DNA of 64,000 nucleotides from Escherichia phage EJP2. The notes below the pieces were generated by a model. The model saw only the letters and a program-made list of their open reading frames with translations. It was not told where the DNA came from and did not search any database. Both the position numbers and the translations under genes were made by a program. Every line of letters begins with the position of its first letter. Position 1 is the stretch's first letter. This document shows, piece by piece, positions 57,339-64,000 of this stretch. Location: sequence record OQ411014.1. One strand, 5' to 3'.

Positions 57339-60300
57339 ATGTACGTAGATGGATATATGGAACGTAAGCGTGGTTCAGAAGTTCTTCACGTAGCTGAACG
57401 TGTCAATGGTAAACGTGTACTACGAGAACTAGATCCAGTGTACGAGTACTATGTTGAGTCACCGTACGGTACACAAAAGACAATTCACGGAACTATGGCT
57501 GAGAAGTTTGAGTTCAGTACATATCGTGATATGAAAGCATCCCTAGAGCGTCACGCCGGATGCAAAATCTTTGAATCTGACTGTAACGTCACCTTCAAAA
57601 CACTAGCTAAACGTTATATGGGTAAAGCATCACCAGACCTGAACGTATTGTTCTTCGATATCGAGACAGACTTTCATGAAAAGTTTGGTTATGCACCAAC
57701 ACATGATCCATTCAACCGTGTAACTGCAATTTCTCTGTATCAAAGTTGGACTGGTTGTGATTATGTTCTAACACTACCACCTGCAAGTATGAGTCTTATC
57801 CAGGCACAAGAAATTGTGAATGAACTCAACGCAGAGACTAATGATGAAAACAGTAAAGTAATTCTTTACACTGACGAAAAAGAGATGTTCATCGAATTCT
57901 TCTCTCTAATGCAGGACGCAGATGTATTGTCCGGCTGGAACAGTGAGTTCTATGATATTCCTTACATGATCAACCGTACTAAGAAGCTATTCAATGAAGC
58001 AATGTTGGCTCATTGGTGTCTTTGGAACAAAAAACCTGTTTCCCGTGAAGCTGATAACTTTGGTAAAGTTGTTGTTACATATGACCTAGTAGGTCGTGTA
58101 CACCTTGACTACTTAGCACTTTACAAGAAACACGCCGGACAAGTTGAACAGTCCTATCGTCTAGATGATATTGCTGAGAAAGTAACTGGCGAAAACAAAG
58201 TTGCATACGATGGTTCTTTGAACAAACTATACAACGAAGATTACAAAATGTTCTTACGATATTCTAAGCAGGATAGTATCCTACTGAAGAAAATTGATGA
58301 GAAGATGGACTTCATCAGTCTACATAACCGACTAGCTCATAAAGAATGTGTACTAATCAGTACTACAATGGGTTCGGTAGCACTAATCGACACATCTATC
58401 ATCAACAAAGCACACAAACGTGGTGAAGTAGTTTTTGATAAGAAGAATCAGGACGAAGTTGAAGTTGATGATCGTTATGATTTTATGGGTGACGATAATG
58501 ATGATGGTGAAGAAGAGAAAGTAGCAGCAAAAGCAGCGGGTGCATGGGTACAAGATCCAGTACTGGGTTTAGTTGACTTCTTAGGATGTACTGACTTTAA
58601 CAGTCTATATCCAACAGTTCTTCGTTCACTAGGTATGAGTACTGAATGTATTATCGGGCAATTGCGTCATGATTATACTGAAGCACACCTTGAGAAACGT
58701 GTTGCAGACCAACGTGCTAAATCTAAATCCAAAGCATTTGAACCGGATTGGACAGCAGCATGGCATGGTTTGTTTGCTAGTATTGAGTTCACAATGGTTC
58801 GTGAGAAATCACAAAGCCTAATCAATGTTGATTTGGAAGATGGTAGTACTTTCCAAGCAACTGGTGAACAACTATATGAACTAATCTTTGCTGAAGATAG
58901 TACTATTGTTCTTTCCGCTAACGGAACACTATTTGATAAAACCAAAAATGGTGTAATCCCAGAGATCCTTACTGAATGGTACTCTGAGCGTAAATGTCAG
59001 CAGAAGATGGTCATCGATTATAAACACATGTACAGTGACGGTTGGGAATTGCCTTCATCTTCTCTTGACAAGATTGAAGCTGCTATGCAAAACTACACAG
59101 CAGGTACAGAATTTTACCGTACTAACTTACATGATGATGACCCAGTATATCTCCTACGTATTGCACTAACTAATGCAAACTATGAAGATGTAGCTAAACT
59201 TGTGGTTGAGAACGGTCTAGTACTGAAAGATGGTCGTCTATTCTGTAAGAAAGAAGATAAAGACTACTTCAAGAAACAAAGTGCGTTCTGGAAACAGAAC
59301 CAGCAGATTCGTAAGATTCTTCTGAACTCCCTCTATGGTGCACTACTAAACAAAGGTTCTCGTTTCTTTGATAAGCGTCTAGGTCAGTCTGTAACCCTAA
59401 CAGGTCGTAGTATGACTAAACACATGGCATCTCGTATCAATGAGATTGTTACTGGTGAATACAACCACGAAGGTGGATGTGTAATCTATGGTGATACCGA
59501 CTCCGTATATTTCAGTGTTGCTCACTATATGAAAGAACAAGGTTTTGAATTCAACCTAAACCGTACTGAAGTAGTTGATTTGTATGTCAAGATTGGTGAT
59601 GAAATGGGTGAAAACTTCTATGAATTCATGAATGATAGCTTCAACACTGGTATTGAGAAAGGTAAATTGGTTGGTGCAGATCTTGAGATGGTTGGTTCAC
59701 GCGGACTATTCCTGAAGAAGAAGCGTTATGCTATTCTGAAGTACTGGGAAGATGGTTTCCGTAAAGATGAAAATGGTGAAGTTGGTGAAATCAAAGCGAT
59801 GGGATTGGAAATCAAACGTTCCGATACACCTAAGTACATCCAGAACTTCCTACAAAGTACTTTGATTGCACTACTTGTTGGTGAATCCGAAGATGAACTT
59901 CGTGCTCGTGTTCGTGAATTCAAATGTACATTCAAGGATAAACCATCACATGAGAAAGGTGCTCCACGTACAGTGAAGAAGTACACTCATCACGAGGAAG
60001 AGTATCAGAAAACTGGTAAATGTTCCGTATCACACGTTCTAGCTGCAATTCAGTGGAACAAACTATGTGGAATTTACGAAGATAAAACTGTACCAGAAGC
60101 AACTGACGGTACTAAAGTAATCGTCTGTGATCTAAAGCCAAACCCTACAGGTATTCTGAAAATTGGTTATCCAATTGACTGTGTTGAATATCTACCTGAA
60201 TGGTTCCTTGACTTACCATTTGATGATGATAAAATGGAACAATCAATTCTAACCAAGAAACTAAACAACATCTTTGGTATTCTTGATATGGATATTGGTA

Positions 60301-60350
60301 TCAATGAGAAGAGTACACTAGCACTTGACAGTGGTTTCTTCGAGTGGTAA
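57339..60350 (+). CDS. 43: Family-B DNA polymerase, gp43-like (1003 aa)
   Basis: Exo I motif FFDIETD; polymerase motif C YGDTDSVYF; motif A-like region; size typical of T4-type polymerase; RBS AAGGAGA. Confidence 0.9.
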   Translation: MYVDGYMERKRGSEVLHVAERVNGKRVLRELDPVYEYYVESPYGTQKTIHGTMAEKFEFSTYRDMKASLERHAGCKIFESDCNVTFKTLAKRYMGKASPDLNVLFFDIETDFHEKFGYAPTHDPFNRVTAISLYQSWTGCDYVLTLPPASMSLIQAQEIVNELNAETNDENSKVILYTDEKEMFIEFFSLMQDADVLSGWNSEFYDIPYMINRTKKLFNEAMLAHWCLWNKKPVSREADNFGKVVVTYDLVGRVHLDYLALYKKHAGQVEQSYRLDDIAEKVTGENKVAYDGSLNKLYNEDYKMFLRYSKQDSILLKKIDEKMDFISLHNRLAHKECVLISTTMGSVALIDTSIINKAHKRGEVVFDKKNQDEVEVDDRYDFMGDDNDDGEEEKVAAKAAGAWVQDPVLGLVDFLGCTDFNSLYPTVLRSLGMSTECIIGQLRHDYTEAHLEKRVADQRAKSKSKAFEPDWTAAWHGLFASIEFTMVREKSQSLINVDLEDGSTFQATGEQLYELIFAEDSTIVLSANGTLFDKTKNGVIPEILTEWYSERKCQQKMVIDYKHMYSDGWELPSSSLDKIEAAMQNYTAGTEFYRTNLHDDDPVYLLRIALTNANYEDVAKLVVENGLVLKDGRLFCKKEDKDYFKKQSAFWKQNQQIRKILLNSLYGALLNKGSRFFDKRLGQSVTLTGRSMTKHMASRINEIVTGEYNHEGGCVIYGDTDSVYFSVAHYMKEQGFEFNLNRTEVVDLYVKIGDEMGENFYEFMNDSFNTGIEKGKLVGADLEMVGSRGLFLKKKRYAILKYWEDGFRKDENGEVGEIKAMGLEIKRSDTPKYIQNFLQSTLIALLVGESEDELRARVREFKCTFKDKPSHEKGAPRTVKKYTHHEEEYQKTGKCSVSHVLAAIQWNKLCGIYEDKTVPEATDGTKVIVCDLKPNPTGILKIGYPIDCVEYLPEWFLDLPFDDDKMEQSILTKKLNNIFGILDMDIGINEKSTLALDSGFFEW

Positions 60351-60361
60351 TATAAATGAAT

Positions 60362-60381
60362 GAACCCCAGAAATGGGGTTC
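60362..60381 (+). terminator. Hairpin after the DNA polymerase gene (no T-run)
   Basis: GAACCCC-AGAAAT-GGGGTTC; lacks a U-tract, so more likely a stability or processing hairpin. Confidence 0.3.
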
Positions 60382-60395
60382 GATAAGGATAAAAT

Positions 60396-60812
60396 ATGAA
60401 AAATATTTATGAACGTATTGGTGAAGCAATTCTACAAGGTACTAACAGCCTGTTCTTGGTATGTGACAGTACTGAAGTAGCGTTAGTCAAACGCAAATAC
60501 AATTCCATTGGTACAACCAATCTAAACGGTATTGTATACACCGTATTTGACTTACAGGACGAAGTATCTAATACAGACTCTGACGATTTATCAGAAATGT
60601 ACCGTATTCTTCCTGTATCGCCTTCTACGCAGCCAAACATTACACCTAGTCACAATCATTGGTATAGTCCAAATAACCCGTGGAACGACCCGTGGAATGA
60701 TTGGAATCGAATGAACCCTCTCACTACACCAGTAACACATCCATTCTGGGACAAATTTGGTACATGGTCTAGTACTACTGACTATGATGTGACTTACAAA
60801 GTAAAGAAATAA
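60396..60812 (+). CDS. Hypothetical protein (138 aa)
   Basis: ORF after the polymerase gene, with RBS-like AAGGATAAAATATG. Confidence 0.45.
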   Translation: MKNIYERIGEAILQGTNSLFLVCDSTEVALVKRKYNSIGTTNLNGIVYTVFDLQDEVSNTDSDDLSEMYRILPVSPSTQPNITPSHNHWYSPNNPWNDPWNDWNRMNPLTTPVTHPFWDKFGTWSSTTDYDVTYKVKK

Positions 60813-60824
60813 AAGTTCAAAAAA

Positions 60825-60854
60825 ATGAGACGTATCTATTTTCTGTGATATAAT
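60825..60854 (+). promoter_or_regulatory. Sigma70-type promoter upstream of the putative clamp gene
   Basis: ATGAGA 60825-60830, TGATATAAT 60846-60854. Confidence 0.65.
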
Positions 60855-60906
60855 AGATACGTAAATTGATGATGTTACCATAAACAAATATTTTGGAGAT
60901 ATAATA

Positions 60907-61638
60907 ATGGATCTACGCAATGTACTACGTGACCTAGTAAACACCACTTCCGGTATCGATTTCACCTGTATCGCAGTTTCTAATGAAGACCGTGGTGAAG
61001 GTCAACGTGTGTATATGGAATCTTATACAGAAGACAAAACCCTAGTAATGCGTGCTTTCACTAAAGAGAACGTACCAGACTTCGAAGGTCGTTTTGGTCT
61101 AACCAACCTCGGAACTCTTCAAGGTCTAATGAACCTCAAAACCTTCAGTACTGAAGGAACTACTATCACAGTAAACCAGAAAGCTGGTAAGGTTCAAAGT
61201 CTAGGTTTTGCTTCTGAAGATGCAAGTACTGTATTCGTTGTACAGTCCGAGAAATTCATTCCAGCACAACCACGCTTCACTGAGAAAGATTATGCAGTAA
61301 CAGTTGTCCCAACTGCTGCTAAAGTTCAAGAACTAAAGAGCTTCTCTGGTGTGTTCAAGGCAATCAGTGCACTAGCTACTCCATACACTGAAGACGGCAA
61401 TATGTTCTTCCACGTTGGTGAAAAGAACAAGAATAACCACACTGGTGCGATTCAGTTCTCTAAAGCTGAAGGTGATTTGAAACTACAATACGGTTATGCA
61501 ATTGACCGCATTCTTCAAACCCTAGGTCGTGTATCCAATGCAGAATCTGCTTCACTGTCTGTAAGTGCAACTGGTATTCTGAAAGTTACAATTGATACTG
61601 GTCTTGTTGTTTATCAGTTCTTTGTACACGGTTGCTAA
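60907..61638 (+). CDS. Putative sliding clamp, gp45-like (243 aa)
   Basis: Size, acidic character, position after the polymerase, and weak N-terminal resemblance to T4 gp45; own sigma70-type promoter 60825-60854. Identity tentative. Confidence 0.35.
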   Translation: MDLRNVLRDLVNTTSGIDFTCIAVSNEDRGEGQRVYMESYTEDKTLVMRAFTKENVPDFEGRFGLTNLGTLQGLMNLKTFSTEGTTITVNQKAGKVQSLGFASEDASTVFVVQSEKFIPAQPRFTEKDYAVTVVPTAAKVQELKSFSGVFKAISALATPYTEDGNMFFHVGEKNKNNHTGAIQFSKAEGDLKLQYGYAIDRILQTLGRVSNAESASLSVSATGILKVTIDTGLVVYQFFVHGC

Positions 61639-61646
61639 TATTTGAT

Positions 61647-61674
61647 GGGAGATGAATAATCTCCCAATTTTTTA
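61647..61674 (+). terminator. Rho-independent terminator after the putative clamp gene
   Basis: GGGAGAT-GAATAA-TCTCCCA then ATTTTTTATT. Confidence 0.65.
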
Positions 61675-61688
61675 TTCAGGAGAATACA

Positions 61689-62309
61689 ATGGCAGTCCCA
61701 CGTTTTATTGCTGACCCACATTTGGGGCATCGTAACATTCATAAGTACAGAACAGTATTTGAAAGTCAAAAACATAACGATTTGTATTTCATTCGTGTTC
61801 TTCAAGAATGTAGTACTAAACGTGATAGTATGTTCTTTCTAGGTGATGTAGTATTTGATGAGTACTATCTTGGTGCAATCAAAGAACTTCCTGGTAAGAA
61901 AATTCTTATTCCAGGAAACCATTGTACTGAATATATCCCAATGAAGAAGCTGGTGGATGTGTATGATGAAGTACATGCTTTATTGAAATATAAAGAGTTC
62001 TGGCTCTCACATGCCCCACTTCATCCTGACGAATTGCGTGGGAAACGAAACATTCATGGTCATGTACATACTGCATCAGTACCTGACACAAAGTACTTAA
62101 ACGTATCAGTTGATAGTACTTTTATGAATTATCTACCACGTACACTAACAGAAGTACGAACTGCTTTTGGAGAGCAACAAAGTACTTCACAGCATTACCG
62201 AGGAATTGATGATGCAGATGCATTATCAGTTATTACCTCAAATCCAATTTCCAAGAGTGCATACTATTGGGCGTTGGAAGAATCACGGAAGATTACAATT
62301 ATTTTATAA
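61689..62309 (+). CDS. Calcineurin-like metallophosphoesterase (206 aa)
   Basis: Motifs DPHLGH, GDVVFD, GNHC, HGHVH in canonical order. Confidence 0.7.
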   Translation: MAVPRFIADPHLGHRNIHKYRTVFESQKHNDLYFIRVLQECSTKRDSMFFLGDVVFDEYYLGAIKELPGKKILIPGNHCTEYIPMKKLVDVYDEVHALLKYKEFWLSHAPLHPDELRGKRNIHGHVHTASVPDTKYLNVSVDSTFMNYLPRTLTEVRTAFGEQQSTSQHYRGIDDADALSVITSNPISKSAYYWALEESRKITIIL

Positions 62310-62319
62310 GGAATAAAAA

Positions 62320-62520
62320 ATGCCACTATATACATTTCGCTGCACAGATGAGAAGTGCAACCACTCTGAAGACAAAATTGTAAAGATTGCAGATCGTGAG
62401 AATCCACGGCCTTGTACTAAATGCAATGGTGAAATGCGTCATGAGGCATTTACTGCAGGGGATAAAGGTGCTAACCTATATTTCCGTGGTAACTGGTTCG
62501 CAACAACAGGGAGATACTAA
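62320..62520 (+). CDS. Small zinc-ribbon protein (66 aa)
   Basis: CTDEKCNH...CTKCNG: two CxxC pairs. Confidence 0.5.
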   Translation: MPLYTFRCTDEKCNHSEDKIVKIADRENPRPCTKCNGEMRHEAFTAGDKGANLYFRGNWFATTGRY

Positions 62521-62521
62521 T

Positions 62522-62818
62522 ATGACTAAACTACGAGCAAACACGGATTACGTTATCGTTGAACTAGTAGGTACTAAGAGCAACGTTACCGAAGCAGGTA
62601 TTATCATGTCCAACGTTGAACAACCAACTCTAGGTCGAGTCATCAGTGTTGGAGCAGGTAAATACTTACCTAATGGTGAACGTCAAGAACATAACATCAT
62701 CGATGGTGATATTGTTATTTTCGGTAAGTCATCACTCAACCAACCAATCCAGATTGATGAAGATAATGTATACTACGTCATGAAGGTTGATGAAGTATTT
62801 GGAACCTATAATGTCTAA
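62522..62818 (+). CDS. GroES-like co-chaperonin (Cpn10, ~98 aa)
   Basis: Aligns along its length to bacterial GroES, including the mobile-loop region (GTKSNVTEAGIIMSNVEQPTLGRVISVGAG) and IDGDIVIFGK. Start at ATG 62522 with GGGAGA RBS; track ORF starts at 62387. Confidence 0.75.
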   Translation: MTKLRANTDYVIVELVGTKSNVTEAGIIMSNVEQPTLGRVISVGAGKYLPNGERQEHNIIDGDIVIFGKSSLNQPIQIDEDNVYYVMKVDEVFGTYNV

Positions 62819-63530
62819 AAAACTACCATTTTGGATAATCCCCGCTCACTGGGGGTTGTCCGGTAAAGCAAAGAAAATTGCTCAAATCAACTATTACAGT
62901 ACTGATCAGTACCAAGCAGATTATGAATGTGCAGAACATATCTATTTGACTGAATATGAAATTGATTCAGCACGTAATGATATTGCGTTGCGTCATAGTA
63001 AGATTCAGAATCTGGAATACAGACTAAACAAACTATCCATTGATGAAAAGCACGGTCGAATCACTGAAAACGAACAAAAGAACAAAGCACTTGACATTCG
63101 TTTGGAAGAGAAAGATATTAGTGAAAAGGATTATGACCGTGAAAAACTTGAACTCCTTCCTGATGGTGAAGAGAAGAGTATTGGAACTATTGAGTACTTG
63201 TTCAAGTACCATGAAATTACTGAACGTGAATATAGCAAAGAACTATATACGTTGCGTAAAGAGCCGTGGATGGATTTCGATTTAGAATTGAATCAAGAAA
63301 CGAATGAGATTGAGTTATCATTTGACTATAATGAATTCTTCTGGAAGAAGTTGAAACATGATGGTCATCCAGGTAATGATGAATATGAAATCATCGAAAA
63401 CTTCATTCGTGATTGGGGACGTAAGATGGCATCAGATGAATACGTAGATGATTACGATTCTAAACTGATGAATGAGAATACTGAACCAGATCTTACTGGA
63501 CTACCGGAAGGTTATCGAGTTTATAAATGA
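62811..63530 (+). CDS. Hypothetical protein (~239 aa)
   Basis: ORF whose ATG overlaps the GroES-like stop codon; no recognisable motif. Confidence 0.45.
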   Translation: MSKKLPFWIIPAHWGLSGKAKKIAQINYYSTDQYQADYECAEHIYLTEYEIDSARNDIALRHSKIQNLEYRLNKLSIDEKHGRITENEQKNKALDIRLEEKDISEKDYDREKLELLPDGEEKSIGTIEYLFKYHEITEREYSKELYTLRKEPWMDFDLELNQETNEIELSFDYNEFFWKKLKHDGHPGNDEYEIIENFIRDWGRKMASDEYVDDYDSKLMNENTEPDLTGLPEGYRVYK

Positions 63531-63534
63531 CAAG

Positions 63535-63567
63535 AAAAAAGGAGAACATTGCGTTCTCCTTTTTTTT
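63535..63567. terminator. Bidirectional terminator between convergent genes
   Basis: AAAAAAGGAGAAC-ATTGC-GTTCTCCTTTTTTTT. Confidence 0.75.
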
Positions 63568-63583
63568 ATACTATACTGAAAAA

Positions 63584-63955
63584 TTAATCAAGAATAGCAG
63601 GAATCTGCTTGTGAATCTTGATTGCGAAGTTACCTGCTTGAGCAGGAGTCGCAGATGATTCCAATTTAACTTCACCACCAGTACTGGTCATGAATGGAAC
63701 ACCTGTTAGGTCATCAATTAGTAGACGGCCTTGGTCGATTGCAGTAGTTGGTACGCCTTGGAAAGTAGTAGCGTCACGGTCAAATACGTCAGCACGTTCG
63801 ATTAGGAAAGTGAGAGCACTTGCACCAGTAACGGAAGCAGCACCAGAGATACCATTTGGAGCGTTTTTCCAACCAACAACATCAGCAGCTTGTGCAATGA
63901 GGGAGGTGGATAGAATTACCGCACGTTGTTGAACAACGTCGATAACACGCTTCAT
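63584..63955 (-). CDS. Hypothetical protein (123 aa)
   Basis: Complete minus-strand ORF (in-frame stop upstream at 63989-63991); ends at a bidirectional terminator. Confidence 0.45.
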   Translation of the reverse strand: MKRVIDVVQQRAVILSTSLIAQAADVVGWKNAPNGISGAASVTGASALTFLIERADVFDRDATTFQGVPTTAIDQGRLLIDDLTGVPFMTSTGGEVKLESSATPAQAGNFAIKIHKQIPAILD

Positions 63956-64000
63956 ATTTGTTTGAGCAGCGAAAGCAGCAGTGTAGTCAACTTCTACGGT

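Noticed and set aside
1-64000. CRISPR array or diversity-generating retroelement targeting the fibre genes
   Set aside because: No regularly spaced direct repeats with unique spacers, and no reverse-transcriptase motif (YxDD) in any ORF; the fibre repeats are in-frame protein repeats.

Overview
This window reads as a contiguous piece of an AT-rich, T4-like myovirus genome. All calls are from reading the sequence and recalled family motifs; no database search or computation was run. Positions 1-37546 are mostly leftward (minus-strand) late structural operons: tail-fibre-like genes, a 1869-aa repetitive fibre protein, a 3337-aa virion protein, gp6-like and gp25-like baseplate wedge proteins, a gp5-like hub spike carrying both a degenerate M23/LytM-like domain and a T4-lysozyme-like domain, and a stand-alone T4-lysozyme paralog. 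This block is interrupted by a single rightward ClpA-like AAA+ unfoldase gene. From 37.6 kb the genes run rightward: gp55-like late sigma factor, gp47/gp46-like (Mre11/Rad50) nuclease, a leftward endonuclease-VII-like gene, then a ~1-kb ORF-free locus. After that come tape-measure-like, portal (gp20), prohead protease, scaffold and major capsid (gp23) genes, a tail-fibre plus assembly-chaperone cassette flanked by T5orf172-type homing-endonuclease-like genes, family-B DNA polymerase (gp43), a putative clamp, a metallophosphoesterase and a GroES-like co-chaperonin. Regulatory signals include five copies of a conserved sigma70-type extended -10 promoter, many T4-late-type (T)ATAAATA motifs about 20-65 bp upstream of structural gene starts, and hairpin terminators, several with C(UUCG)G tetraloops on the transcribed strand. 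The most unusual observations are the ORF-free locus 42219-43205 (promoter, AGTACTA repeat cluster, AT-rich direct repeats), an apparent strong over-representation of the palindrome AGTACT, the ClpA-like gene with an IGG in place of the ClpP-docking IGL, and the rearranged dual-hydrolase baseplate spike. No tRNA, CRISPR array or reverse transcriptase was found.
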